This document shows, piece after piece, positions 19,861 through 30,213 of a stretch of DNA of 64,000 nucleotides. Source of the stretch: Candidatus Poribacteria bacterium (GTDB taxonomy: Bacteria; Poribacteria; WGA-4E; PCPOR2b); the NCBI GenBank assembly GCA_965116925.1, contig OZ220744.1, forward strand, positions 2,368,001-2,432,000, in the 5' to 3' direction. Each line of letters begins with the position of its first letter. Within the stretch, counting starts at the first letter, position 1. The notes beneath the pieces are model-generated. The model was not told where the DNA came from. It did no database searches and saw nothing but the letters and a program-made list of their open reading frames with translations. The translations under genes were made by a program, and so were the position numbers.

Positions 19861-21103
19861 AAAAGCTGGAATTACACAAATGAGTGATCAAGGGTCGAGC
19901 GAAGGGAGTTCCCAATCTATCGAGAGAAATGAACAGGAGTTATGGCAGGATAGAAAAATCGAATCGGAGAGAGGTCTAGTCAACGACCAATTGTCAATTT
20001 TTCTCCGTCGCTATGTACCGTGGGGGCTGTTTTTCATTGGCTTGGTTGTCATCCCTGCCTTGTACTACATGGAGCTGATTACCCTCGGAACGGTAAATAT
20101 GCTCGGTCGGTACATGGCGTTTGCGATTGTTGCGGTGGGGCTTGATCTTATCTGGGGCTACACCGGTATCTTGAGCTTGTGCCAAGCCTTCTTTTTCGCG
20201 TTGGGCGGTTATGCGATGGGGATGTATTTGGCGCACCATGGCGGGCCGGAGGGGATTATAGATATGAATAACTGGAAAATCCCTGCCTGCCTGTATGTGG
20301 TTTATCCGTATAAAGTTGGTGAAGTGCCGGGAGATGCCCTCGTTCCATGGTTCTGGAAGCCGTTCTATACGCTTCCGGTCACAGTGATTTTGGGATTGCT
20401 GATTCCGGGTGTAGCAGCTTTGGCGATTGGCTATTTCGGCTTTAAGAGTCGAGTTCGTGGGGTCTACTTTGCCATTCTGACGCAAGCGATTACGGTCGCT
20501 GGGTGGCTGGTGTTCTGTATGAATAACATGAAGCTGTGTGGTACAAATGGCTTGACACGCTTTGACCGAATCGCGGGGTTTAAGCTGACAAATCCTCATG
20601 TCAAAGTGAGCCTGTATATCATCACGCTTCTGGCACTTGTTGGGGTTTACGCGTTATGCAAGCAGATGGTCAGATCTCGTCTGGGGCGTATCCTCATCGC
20701 CATCCGAGATGACGAAACCACCTTACGATTTTCAGGCTATAAGCCGTACATCTATAAGCTCTTCGCTTTTAGCCTTGCGGGAATGATTGCTGGACTCGGT
20801 GGAATGCTGTACGCGCCGCAGATGGGTATTTTTACACCGACGAACATGGAAGCAGGCGCTTCTATCTTGGTGGTTGTCTGGGTCGCGGTTGGCGGGCGTG
20901 GTGCGTTGTCCGGGGCGATTCTCGGTACATTGGCTGTGAATCTGCTTTATAATTATTTTACTTCTGAGAAGAACTTATTGCTGTTTACTTGGCGGGCGGA
21001 ATATTGGCAGTTTATTTTGGGTGGGTTGTTTATTGGAGTAGTTTTGCTGTTCCCTGGAGGGTTAGTCGATCTATGGCATCGCTTGGTGGGTAAGGCGAAA
21101 TGA
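19853..21103 (+). CDS. urtC: Urea ABC transporter permease UrtC
   Basis: LDLIWGYTGILSL, RGVYFAILTQA, WVAVGGRG. Confidence 0.93.
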   Translation: MFRKAGITQMSDQGSSEGSSQSIERNEQELWQDRKIESERGLVNDQLSIFLRRYVPWGLFFIGLVVIPALYYMELITLGTVNMLGRYMAFAIVAVGLDLIWGYTGILSLCQAFFFALGGYAMGMYLAHHGGPEGIIDMNNWKIPACLYVVYPYKVGEVPGDALVPWFWKPFYTLPVTVILGLLIPGVAALAIGYFGFKSRVRGVYFAILTQAITVAGWLVFCMNNMKLCGTNGLTRFDRIAGFKLTNPHVKVSLYIITLLALVGVYALCKQMVRSRLGRILIAIRDDETTLRFSGYKPYIYKLFAFSLAGMIAGLGGMLYAPQMGIFTPTNMEAGASILVVVWVAVGGRGALSGAILGTLAVNLLYNYFTSEKNLLLFTWRAEYWQFILGGLFIGVVLLFPGGLVDLWHRLVGKAK

Positions 21104-21133
21104 GGATAATCATTGAGGAGGAGCACTGTTAAT

Positions 21134-21934
21134 ATGAACCAAGCCCAACGGATTGCTGCATACAAAGAATATAGCCCACGCGACAGTCGATTTACCGAGG
21201 AGCGGTATCTGCTCTTTTTGGAGGATATTACCGCTGTCTTTGATGGGTTCAAGGCGTTGGATATAGAGGCATTGGGGATTGAATATAACGAACTCCGTGT
21301 AATTATTGGTCCTAATGGCGCGGGCAAAACGACGCTCTGCGATGTTGTGAGCGGGAAAACTCGACCGACGACCGGATCTGTCTTTTATGATGGTGCCGAT
21401 ATTACCCAACAGACAGAAGCGGAAATTGCCCTGCGGGGAATTGGCAGAAAATTTCAGACACCCACCGTTTTTGATAGCCTCACAACCTATGAGAATATGG
21501 AGATTGCTTTGCCCGGCCACTTCCGCCTGTGGTCGAACCTGTTTGGTTCCACGACGAAAGCCCAGCGTGAGCGGATTATGGAGATTTTGAAGCGTGTTGG
21601 ACTTGCCGATGAGCTACACCGCGAAGCGAAATATCTGAGTCATGGGCAGCGTCAGTGGCTGGCGATTAGCACGCTGATCCTCTCGGACCCTAAGCTGCTT
21701 CTTGTTGATGAACCTGCTGCGGGTTTGACAGACGCAGAAACGGCGTTGACTGCCGAACTTCTCCTCGAATTAAAGGCGGACCACACGCTCATTGTCATCG
21801 AACACGATATGGATTTTGTGCGTCAACTCGATTCTTTTGTGACCGTACTGAATGAGGGAGTTATCATGGCGGAAGGAATGATGCACGAGGTTCAGCAGAA
21901 CGAGGAGGTTATTGAGGCGTACCTCGGACGGTAG
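21134..21934 (+). CDS. urtD: Urea ABC transporter ATP-binding protein UrtD
   Basis: GPNGAGKT, GIGRKFQTP, LSHGQRQWL. Confidence 0.93.
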   Translation: MNQAQRIAAYKEYSPRDSRFTEERYLLFLEDITAVFDGFKALDIEALGIEYNELRVIIGPNGAGKTTLCDVVSGKTRPTTGSVFYDGADITQQTEAEIALRGIGRKFQTPTVFDSLTTYENMEIALPGHFRLWSNLFGSTTKAQRERIMEILKRVGLADELHREAKYLSHGQRQWLAISTLILSDPKLLLVDEPAAGLTDAETALTAELLLELKADHTLIVIEHDMDFVRQLDSFVTVLNEGVIMAEGMMHEVQQNEEVIEAYLGR

Positions 21935-21947
21935 CGACCAAAATACT

Positions 21948-22643
21948 ATGCTTACAGTGTCAAATCTTTCATTTTCATACGGGGAAGTTCAGGTGTTGCG
22001 TGGAGTTGACGTTCATGTGCCTGCGGAGACCATTGTCTCTATGATGGGTCGCAATGGCGTTGGCAAAACGACGTTGATGAACAACATCGTCGGATTGCTC
22101 AAACCATCGTCCGGTTCAATTCAGATCGAAGAACAGGAGCTTGTAGGGGTCGCAGCACATCGTCGGATTCGTGCGGGGTTGGCTTATGTGCCGCAAGGAC
22201 GGATGATCTTTCCGCGGTTGACTGTTGAGGAGAATTTAAGGGTTGGACTCTCGGCGCGGGCGGACAAGCAGACGCAGATTCCTGACGAGATATATGAACT
22301 TTTCCCGATTCTCAGGGAGATGGGGAGCCGGATGGGGGGCGATCTCTCCGGTGGTCAACAGCAGCAGCTCGCTATTGGACGGGCCCTTGTCACCGATCCA
22401 AAAGTGCTGATCCTTGACGAACCGACAGAAGGGATTCAACCGAACATCATACAACAGATTGGGACGGTGCTGCGCCAGTTGGTTGAAACCAAGCGGATGA
22501 CAATCCTCATCGTTGAGCAGTATCTCGATTTTGTTCGGGAGTTCTGTCAGCAATTTTACATTATGAACCGCGGTGAGATTGTCGCAGACGGTGAGACCAG
22601 CGCGCTCAACGAAAACATGATCCGGGAGTACCTTAGCGTTTAG
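21948..22643 (+). CDS. urtE: Urea ABC transporter ATP-binding protein UrtE
   Basis: GRNGVGKT, GGDLSGGQQQQLAI, DEPTEGIQP. Confidence 0.93.
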   Translation: MLTVSNLSFSYGEVQVLRGVDVHVPAETIVSMMGRNGVGKTTLMNNIVGLLKPSSGSIQIEEQELVGVAAHRRIRAGLAYVPQGRMIFPRLTVEENLRVGLSARADKQTQIPDEIYELFPILREMGSRMGGDLSGGQQQQLAIGRALVTDPKVLILDEPTEGIQPNIIQQIGTVLRQLVETKRMTILIVEQYLDFVREFCQQFYIMNRGEIVADGETSALNENMIREYLSV

Positions 22644-22644
22644 T

Positions 22645-23493
22645 ATGTCACGCATTGACTCTAGCGCCGGGCGTCACGGCGAACTTAAACTCTCTTTTGT
22701 ACAACAGGACGATCGAACTGTGATGGCGGAGAGTTTCTTTCGGGTGCCGTTACAGGTGATGAAGCCCCGTTACGACGCGTCGGGTTGTGTTTGTGTGTAC
22801 CTGTTGAGTCCGACGGGCGGCGTGGTTCAGGGGGACGACTACCAGATTGAGGTGACACTTGCGCCCAACACTCACGCGACGCTGACGACGCAAGCGGCGA
22901 CAAAGGTTTATGCCATGCCGCTTCAGGGGGCTACGCAATCAATGCGGGTGCGGGTTGGGAAAGATGCGATCTTTGAATACCTGCCTGATTCGACAATTCT
23001 GTTTCGAGATGCGAACTATAGTCAGGGCATCTCCCTCTTTTTGGAGCGTGGGGCAAAGGTTGCTTTGCAGGAGATTGTCATGCCGGGGCGATTGGCGCGG
23101 GGCGAGACGTTGGTATTTACACAGTACCAGAGTCGCATTGAGGCATCCGATTCGGAGGGGTTGGTGCTCTATGATACCTGCTGTATTGAACCGAAGTGTC
23201 AGCCTTACCTCACTGGTCCCGGTGTATTGGAAGGATATCCGTGTTGGGGCAGTTGGTATCTGATTGGCGATTTTGAGATGGCTTGGTGGGAGATGCTCTG
23301 TGATTTTGCGGAGCCAGTCCTCAATCAACCACCGAAATCGATTGGTGGATTGTCCCAACTACATCGGGGTGGTATTGCTATCCGGTTACTTGCTCATAAC
23401 GCAGAGGTGATTCAATCTGCCTTTCAAACGATCTGGAATTGGTTGAAAACGGAGCACTTGGGACTCGAAACAGTTGATTTGAGAAAGTATTAG
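22645..23493 (+). CDS. ureD: Urease accessory protein UreD
   Basis: SPTGGVVQGD, TTQAATKVY, EYLPD..I.F, GRLARGE. Confidence 0.9.
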   Translation: MSRIDSSAGRHGELKLSFVQQDDRTVMAESFFRVPLQVMKPRYDASGCVCVYLLSPTGGVVQGDDYQIEVTLAPNTHATLTTQAATKVYAMPLQGATQSMRVRVGKDAIFEYLPDSTILFRDANYSQGISLFLERGAKVALQEIVMPGRLARGETLVFTQYQSRIEASDSEGLVLYDTCCIEPKCQPYLTGPGVLEGYPCWGSWYLIGDFEMAWWEMLCDFAEPVLNQPPKSIGGLSQLHRGGIAIRLLAHNAEVIQSAFQTIWNWLKTEHLGLETVDLRKY

Positions 23494-23511
23494 ACTTGGA
23501 GGAGATGACCT

Positions 23512-23814
23512 ATGAACCTGACACCGCGTGAACAAGAGAAATTGATGATTTATGTTGCTGCGCAGCTTGCCAAGGATCGGCGAGCTCGCGGTTTAACGCT
23601 GAACTATCCTGAAGCGGTTGCTATCATCACCGCCGAAATCTTGGAGGGCATCCGCGACGGGAAATCGGTTGCAGACTTGATGCAGTACGGTACAACACTG
23701 TTGAGCCGTGATGATGTGATGGAGGGTGTACCGGAGATGCTGCATGAGGTGCAGGTCGAAGGGACGTTCCCTGATGGCACGAAGCTTGTTACTGTTCACA
23801 ACCCAATTCGGTAG
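23512..23814 (+). CDS. ureA: Urease gamma subunit
   Basis: [23 protein letters not shown]. Confidence 0.98.
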   Translation: MNLTPREQEKLMIYVAAQLAKDRRARGLTLNYPEAVAIITAEILEGIRDGKSVADLMQYGTTLLSRDDVMEGVPEMLHEVQVEGTFPDGTKLVTVHNPIR

Positions 23815-23822
23815 GAGTAAAA

Positions 23823-24137
23823 ATGATTCCCGGAGAATATATACTTGCGGAAGAGAGTATCACCGCCAATGATGGGCGTGAAACTGTCGAGTTGACCGTT
23901 GCTAACACGGGTGATAGACCGATACAGGTCGGCTCGCACTTCCACTTTTTTGAGGTGAACACCGCGCTCCAATTTGAGCGGGAGAAGGCGTTTGGGATGC
24001 GGTTGAATATCCCCTCCGGTGTGGCTGTCCGCTTTGAGCCGGGGGACGAAAAAACGGTGACGCTTACGGAATTAAAGGGCAGACGAATTGTGCACGGATT
24101 GAACAATCGAACCGACGGACCGCTTGATAAAGGGTAG
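23823..24137 (+). CDS. ureB: Urease beta subunit
   Basis: [20 protein letters not shown]. Confidence 0.98.
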   Translation: MIPGEYILAEESITANDGRETVELTVANTGDRPIQVGSHFHFFEVNTALQFEREKAFGMRLNIPSGVAVRFEPGDEKTVTLTELKGRRIVHGLNNRTDGPLDKG

Positions 24138-24381
24138 GAAATCTGCCTTCGATTGGTACTTTTCTGATTTATATATAACGCAAGTTGCTAGGGCGTGTTG
24201 ACATCTTGAAGCTGCTCATTCGGCAAATGCTGTAATCATCAAGTAATCTGTCAAATGTAGCGCGAACTGTTAGTTTGCAGGTTAGGATCACAATCTAACA
24301 GATCGTGGTACAAAAGTAGATTGTAGGTCGAGTTGCACTTTACTTTATTATATGAACCAGTAGGGGATATAACGAAAAAAA

Positions 24382-26100
24382 ATGGCACTCAATATTCCAC
24401 GACGAACATATACAGACATCTACGGACCGACCGTCGGCGATAAGGTGCGCCTTGCGGACACTGAGCTATTTATTGAGGTCGAGAAAGATCATACAGTTTA
24501 CGGCGATGAGTCGAAATTTGGGGGCGGTAAGACGCTGCGCGACGGGATGGGACAGATGCCCGGTGCCACAAGCACGGAAGGGGTCCTTGATCTCGTCCTG
24601 ACCAACGCTCTGATTCTGGACTATTGGGGAATTGTTAAGGCGGATATCGGCGTGCGTGACGGAAAGATTGTCGGGATTGGGAAGTCCGGGAATCCGAACA
24701 TCATGGATGGTGTCAGCGATGGTATGGTTGTCGGCGCGGGGACGGAAGTCATTGCCGCCGAGGGGATGATTGTGACGCCGGGGGGACTTGATGTCCATAT
24801 CCACTTCATCTGTCCACAGCAGATTGATGAGGCGCTTTCGTCAGGAGTCACAACGATGATTGGTGGCGGAACCGGACCCGCAACCGGCACAAACGCCACC
24901 ACCTGCACCCCCGGTGTGTGGAATATCGAGCGGATGTTGGAAGCCGCTGAGGGGTTCCCAATTAACCTCGGCTTTCTGGGTAAGGGGAACTCATCGCTGC
25001 CGGAGTCGCTCAACGAACAGATTGAGGCAGGTGCGCTAGGGCTAAAACTTCATGAGGATTGGGGAACAACGCCTGCTGCGATTGATTGTTGTCTATCTGT
25101 CGCTGATCAGTACGATGTGCAGGTTGCCATCCACACCGACACACTCAACGAGGCGGGTTTTGTCGAAGATTCGATCGCTGCGTTCAAAGGGCGAACGATT
25201 CACACGTACCACACAGAAGGCGCAGGCGGTGGCCATGCGCCGGACATCATCAAAGTCTGTGGTCACAACAATGTTCTGCCTTCCTCGACCAACCCGACAC
25301 GACCGTTCACGGTCAACACGATTGATGAGCACCTCGACATGCTGATGGTTTGTCACCATCTCGATGCCTCTATTCCGGAAGATCTCGCCTTCGCTGAGTC
25401 GCGGATTCGACCGGAGACCATCGCTGCTGAAGATGTCCTGCACGATCTCGGTGCCTTTAGCATGATGGCATCGGATTCGCAGGCGATGGGGCGTGTTGGT
25501 GAAGTCATTCTCCGCACATGGCAGACCGCACACAAGATGCGGGAGCAACGTGGTCGTCTGCCTGAAGAGAGGGGTGCCAACGATAACGTCCGTGCAAAAC
25601 GGTACGTCGCTAAGTACGCGATCAATCCGGCAATCACCCACGGTATCAGTGACTATGTTGGGTCGATTGAGGTGGGTAAATTAGCGGATCTTGTTATCTG
25701 GGATCCGGCGTTTTTCGGTGTCAAACCGCAATTGGTGTTAAAGGGTGGATTCCTTGTCTGGGCGGCGATGGGGGATGCTAACGCCTCGATTCCGACGCCG
25801 CAGCCCGTTTTGGGCCGCCCGATGTTCGGTGCGTTTGGGCGTGTTCCCTATTCTACCTCGTATACTTTTGTCTCGCAGGCGGGTGCTGAAAGAGAGATGG
25901 GGAATCGTCTCGGTCTGCAAAAGCCGACTGTCCCTGTGAAAAACTGCCGTGAAGTGGACAAATCGTCGATGATAAACAATACCTACCTACCGAAAATTGA
26001 GGTAAACCCCGAAACCTACGAAGTCCGCGCTGACGGTGAACTCCTCACCTGTGAACCCGCCGAAGTCCTTCCGATGGCACAGCGTTACTTTCTATTTTGA
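24382..26100 (+). CDS. ureC: Urease alpha subunit
   Basis: [30 protein letters not shown]. Confidence 0.99.
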   Translation: MALNIPRRTYTDIYGPTVGDKVRLADTELFIEVEKDHTVYGDESKFGGGKTLRDGMGQMPGATSTEGVLDLVLTNALILDYWGIVKADIGVRDGKIVGIGKSGNPNIMDGVSDGMVVGAGTEVIAAEGMIVTPGGLDVHIHFICPQQIDEALSSGVTTMIGGGTGPATGTNATTCTPGVWNIERMLEAAEGFPINLGFLGKGNSSLPESLNEQIEAGALGLKLHEDWGTTPAAIDCCLSVADQYDVQVAIHTDTLNEAGFVEDSIAAFKGRTIHTYHTEGAGGGHAPDIIKVCGHNNVLPSSTNPTRPFTVNTIDEHLDMLMVCHHLDASIPEDLAFAESRIRPETIAAEDVLHDLGAFSMMASDSQAMGRVGEVILRTWQTAHKMREQRGRLPEERGANDNVRAKRYVAKYAINPAITHGISDYVGSIEVGKLADLVIWDPAFFGVKPQLVLKGGFLVWAAMGDANASIPTPQPVLGRPMFGAFGRVPYSTSYTFVSQAGAEREMGNRLGLQKPTVPVKNCREVDKSSMINNTYLPKIEVNPETYEVRADGELLTCEPAEVLPMAQRYFLF

Positions 26101-26326
26101 AAGATTCGATAGTTGCCTCCATTGGCGTGCGTGTGCACCCTCTACAATCTTATCAAGAAATTTCCTCGAATTTTTGATTCCCAGTCCATCTCCAACTATA
26201 TGCTTGACCGAAATCCTGCTATAATACTATAATTATCAGTAGAGTCATTTTACTCGTAGATGGGTAAACATAATACCTTTTTCGATAGGAACTTGCGTCA
26301 AAATATAGACTTAGGAGGACGCTACG

Positions 26327-26707
26327 CTGAATTGTCCATTCTGCCCCCCAAGGGTCAACGACGAATCGGTTCGACTTGAGAATGAGTTGAGTCTCTTTAT
26401 AGATCTAAAACACTCGGTGCTGCAAGGGTCGGGAATTATTGTGCCAAAAGCTCATCGCGAATCAACGTTTGATCTCACTACAGAAGAATTTAGCTCCACA
26501 TTTTCACTCCTTACCGAAGTCAAAGCACTGATTGATGCTGAATACAATCCGCAGGGCTACAATTTGGGTTGGAATTGCGGTGGGATAGCTGGGCAAACGG
26601 TATTCCATGCCCATTTGCATGTTATTCCACGTTATGCGTCCGAACCTTATGCAGGTAGAGGAATTCGTTACTGGCTCAAGCAGGAATCCAATCGGCGTAG
26701 CACCTAA
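26327..26707 (+). CDS. HIT family hydrolase (probable non-canonical start)
   Basis: AGQTVFHAHLHVIPRY; in-frame upstream NCPFC motif after AGGAGG. Confidence 0.85.
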   Translation: MNCPFCPPRVNDESVRLENELSLFIDLKHSVLQGSGIIVPKAHRESTFDLTTEEFSSTFSLLTEVKALIDAEYNPQGYNLGWNCGGIAGQTVFHAHLHVIPRYASEPYAGRGIRYWLKQESNRRST

Positions 26708-26892
26708 CAAATCGTTAGCTTGGTTGTGGGCAAAGTTCCGCTTCCACTGAATTTAGTTGTTTAGGTAGCAAAACATTGGCTGGTGCTGCTATGAATTGCG
26801 TTGAATCTAAAAGACTACAGGACCTGCTTTCATCACTATCGAGTCTACACGCCTAAAGCGGAAAACATGATTAATAATGGTCAGAGACTTTA

Positions 26893-27120
26893 ATGCGATA
26901 TAGCCACTCAAATAAACATATTCGTGATGCAATTCGTTACGCTGAAAACAAAGGTTGGAACGTTACAAAAGCGGGAGCTCGAGCACACATCTGGGGGACA
27001 CTATGGTGTCAGCAGCGTACCCGCGAGGGCTGTTTCATTCGAGTCATGTCAACGCCGCGAAATCCTGAACGACATGCCCGTGACATCCGCCGCTATGTTG
27101 ACCGTTGCCCTCATTCTTAA
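26893..27120 (+). CDS. Small basic HicA-like protein (putative toxin)
   Basis: H.NK.I..AI.YA...GW, AHIWG, STPRNPE.HA. Confidence 0.6.
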   Translation: MRYSHSNKHIRDAIRYAENKGWNVTKAGARAHIWGTLWCQQRTREGCFIRVMSTPRNPERHARDIRRYVDRCPHS

Positions 27121-27162
27121 CAAAGGGAGCAGATGAGATAATCAATGAGAGAGGTATTTACC

Positions 27163-27495
27163 ATGAAAGCACATGAATTCACACTGATTTTAACAGCTGA
27201 TCCAAATGAAGAAGAATCGGATCGACTCTATAGCATCTTTGATGATGGTACGCTTGCCACTGTTGCCGGGGTGCCGCAGATTCACTTTCATCGCGAAGCG
27301 CGGTTATTGGAGGAAGCCATCGATTCTGCGCTGATGGCTGTCAAAAGAGCCGGTTTTGATGTTGTCCGTGTGGAAATCGAACCGGAGGTGATGCAAGAGA
27401 CACAGGTATCTCAAGCAGAACATCAACTGCATGATATTACCACCCAACAAACCGATGTCCTTGAAAGTAGGCTGTGGGTCGGCTATATATGGTAA
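27163..27495 (+). CDS. Acidic partner protein (putative antitoxin, HicB-like fold)
   Basis: EFTLIL...F.REA..LEEAI.SA...V..AG; follows the basic protein. Confidence 0.55.
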   Translation: MKAHEFTLILTADPNEEESDRLYSIFDDGTLATVAGVPQIHFHREARLLEEAIDSALMAVKRAGFDVVRVEIEPEVMQETQVSQAEHQLHDITTQQTDVLESRLWVGYIW

Positions 27496-27560
27496 ATCGA
27501 CGGTATCTTGATCTCGTGTAGCGGCTTATTCAACCGTTTCATTGAGAGAGGTGTGCAGCA

Positions 27561-28169
27561 ATGAGGACGATTGTCATACTATGAGTGGTATTCTTCGTTA
27601 TTATTGGCTGCGATGATGATGAATTTCACAATAGTTTACCTATCATTGACCGTTTAATTCTGCCTGAGGAGGTGAGTCCGGGGGCTAGCGTGGAGTTGCG
27701 AGTGGTTGCGCGCGACAGGGACGGCGATGTGTTGATCTATGTCTGGGAAGTGGACAAGGGCAAACTGGATTCAAGGACGGGACAAATCGTGAAATGGACG
27801 GTCCCTATAAAGCCAAAGCGGTGGGTGGAGTTGGTCTCGGAAGTACGCTCAAGCGTGTGACGGAAGAACTTGGGATTGCAGAGAAGGTTGAAGAGGGCGG
27901 AGAGGTACATTGGTATTGGAAAAAGGGCATTGAGTTTATGGTGCATTAGAGAAATAAGTAAACATTTACCAATAACCTTGACCTTCGCAGAGTGGTCAAA
28001 GTCCCCCTGATAAGGGGGATTTAGGGGGTTGGCTGTGCATTGGGAGTGTCTAAGTAATTCTAAAATTTACCATAGTTACGATGCTGATGCCAAGGTTAGG
28101 AACATTTCGATCTTTAAGCCTGTCGGTGCGGCTCCTGTAGGATTCGACGGAACTTTACTAGCTGAGTAG
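27561..28169 (+). pseudogene. Decayed paralogue of the downstream lipoprotein gene
   Basis: TGA at codon 8 where the paralogue has Trp; internal deletion with frameshift near 27805; MITE insertion; C-terminal YDADAKV..FKPVGAAP matches the paralogue. Confidence 0.88.
27939..28072. mobile_element. MITE family B with TA target duplication
   Basis: TA at 27937-8 and 28073-4; imperfect ~28-bp TIRs; core CCCCCTGATAAGGGGGATTTAGGGGG; removal restores GIEFSYD. Confidence 0.85.
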
Positions 28170-28350
28170 GTGTGGGACTTAAAGCTAGTAGTACAAAAGA
28201 CACAGGTATTTCAAGTAGAATGGTAACTGCGGGGTATTATTGCCTATCAAACCTTACCCTTGAAGGGAGATCCAAGTAGGTTTGACAGCCTCCGATAAAC
28301 CCGCGTTATCTTGGTTTCGTCTAGTCTGACGTTGTAGCTTATTTCATTTT

Positions 28351-28441
28351 GGCTCATGTTAAGAAAGAGTGCAACAGAAATCGTAGGGGCGGGGTCTCCC
28401 CGCCCGCGCTTCGCATTTTGCACTTTCTTTTTATATGAGCC
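28351..28441. mobile_element. MITE family A with 8-bp TSD TTCATTTT
   Basis: GGCTCATG...TATGAGCC; TTCATTTT on both sides; core GTAGGGGCGGGGTCTCCCCGCCC. Confidence 0.85.
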
Positions 28442-28470
28442 TTCATTTTTTATCAATAGGAGCCATACTA

Positions 28471-29550
28471 ATGAGAGTGATTGTTATACTGTGGGTAATA
28501 TTATTTGCCATTACTGGCTGCGGTGATGAAAGTCCCAATGATAGCGACAATAGTCCACCTGTTGTTGATCATTTGATTGTTCCGGAGGAGGTTAACCCGG
28601 GCGACAGTGTCGAATTGCAAGTGGTTGCCCATGACGGGGACGGCGATGCGCTGACCTATGTCTGGAACGTAGAAAAAGGGGAATTGGATTCAGAAACGGG
28701 GCAGATTGTAAAGTGGACGGTCCCTTCAGATCTGAAAGCGGCGACTGTGACTGTTTCCGTGAATGATGGTGTAAACGAATCGGTTACCGAGATAAAAAGG
28801 GTTCCGATTAATCTCCAAAATGCTGCGCCTGTTATTCAGAAGATTGTTGTTACAGAGCGGGTTCATGCAGTCAGCCGTGTGGAACTTCAAGCGATAGTTG
28901 AGGATGCGGACGGTGATACCTTGACTTATAGCTGGGACGTGCAGAAGGGACTGCTCGATTCAGAGGCGATTTCCACACCGACATGGACTGCCCCCATTGC
29001 GATGGGTGTCGTGAATGTACGGTTGACAGTGGATGATGGGATAAACGAGCCGACTACCAAATCGGTATCTGTCCTTGTTATTCACGGGTTGGTTGCGCCG
29101 GGGGCAGAGGCGGCTGGCATCAAATTGGGGGACACATTTGATAGAGTGAAAGCGATCTACGGAAACCCGAGTAGACATCAGGGTGAAAGGTTTGAGTATT
29201 GGGACCCAGACTTCGGGTTATCTGGTATTCTTGATAGCATCAACCGCGTTGATGGCCTATTTTTAACTAGGCCCAATAAAGCCAAAACGACAGGCGGGGT
29301 TGGTATTGGAAGCACACTCAAGCATGTGGAGGGAGAATTGGGGGCGGCTGAGGAGATCGACCAAGTGGAAAGAGTATATTGGTATTGGAAAAAGGGCATT
29401 GCATATGGTTACGATGCTGATAACAAAGTCATAAGCCTTTTCGTGTTTAAGCCGATTGGTGCTGCCCCCGCAGGATTCGATGATGCGCTACCACATGAAC
29501 AGTTGCTAGAACATAGAGCTGCCTTAGACAGATCTTATTCGACGGAGTAG
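28471..29550 (+). CDS. Lipoprotein with two Ig-like (PKD/cadherin-type) repeats
   Basis: Lipobox ITGC; N.PP...D.DGD.LTY.W...G repeat twice. Confidence 0.8.
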   Translation: MRVIVILWVILFAITGCGDESPNDSDNSPPVVDHLIVPEEVNPGDSVELQVVAHDGDGDALTYVWNVEKGELDSETGQIVKWTVPSDLKAATVTVSVNDGVNESVTEIKRVPINLQNAAPVIQKIVVTERVHAVSRVELQAIVEDADGDTLTYSWDVQKGLLDSEAISTPTWTAPIAMGVVNVRLTVDDGINEPTTKSVSVLVIHGLVAPGAEAAGIKLGDTFDRVKAIYGNPSRHQGERFEYWDPDFGLSGILDSINRVDGLFLTRPNKAKTTGGVGIGSTLKHVEGELGAAEEIDQVERVYWYWKKGIAYGYDADNKVISLFVFKPIGAAPAGFDDALPHEQLLEHRAALDRSYSTE

Positions 29551-29791
29551 ATTTCAGAGATGATGAGAGGTTGTTATGTGTAGCCGGAAAGTTCTGTTGA
29601 CCGGCTGCCGCAACAGAAAATATCCGAAGGACAAGATCAGGAAACTGAGTGAGTTGGTGTCGCGCTCCATGCTCCTGTCTGGAACAACCAAAAGAGATTG
29701 GACAAATGGGAGCCGATTATGCTATTATTATGGGCAAATAGTAGATTGTTCCCACAAGATGGGATTCAATCAGGAATGGAGGTGATGTAAG

Positions 29792-30061
29792 TTGCCCACT
29801 AGAAGCTCTGGTATGAAGCATGTCCGCGCGGATCAGAAGAAACGAGATCGGAACCTGCGGCGCAAGTCTGCGTTAAAAACGATGCTTAAACAGACCGAAG
29901 CTGCGATTGCAGATGGAGAGATGGAACAAGCCCAGGAATTGTATCGTCAGGCGGCGAGCCAATTGGATAAAGCTGCGGGGAAAGGGATTATTAAGAAGGG
30001 CATGGCAAATCGGAAGAAATCCCGTCTAGCGCATGACATTAATAAAATAGCGACTGCGTGA
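29792..30061 (+). CDS. rpsT: 30S ribosomal protein S20
   Basis: RN...KS..KT..K, LDKAAGKGII.K..A.RKKSRL; GGAGGT RBS, TTG start. Confidence 0.95.
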   Translation: MPTRSSGMKHVRADQKKRDRNLRRKSALKTMLKQTEAAIADGEMEQAQELYRQAASQLDKAAGKGIIKKGMANRKKSRLAHDINKIATA

Positions 30062-30213
30062 TATGGGAATGAGTTAATGTGTGAAGCGTAAAACGTAAAA
30101 AAATTGAGATTTTTTCCCTTACGTTTTACGCATTATGTTACTACTTTTTGCAGGGGATTTTCCCTTTTATTCTCCTGTTTCCGCCGCTAATGGTGCTAAT
30201 TTGAAAAAGAGTC

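Noticed and set aside
24189..26855. TAGGGCGTGTTGAC / GTCTACACGCCTA as ends of a composite element around ureC
   Set aside because: Short imperfect match, no target duplication or transposase; likely independent repeat remnants.
27582..27584. In-frame TGA as a selenocysteine codon
   Set aside because: Aligns to Trp (TGG) in the signal peptide of the paralogue, and the gene has other lesions.
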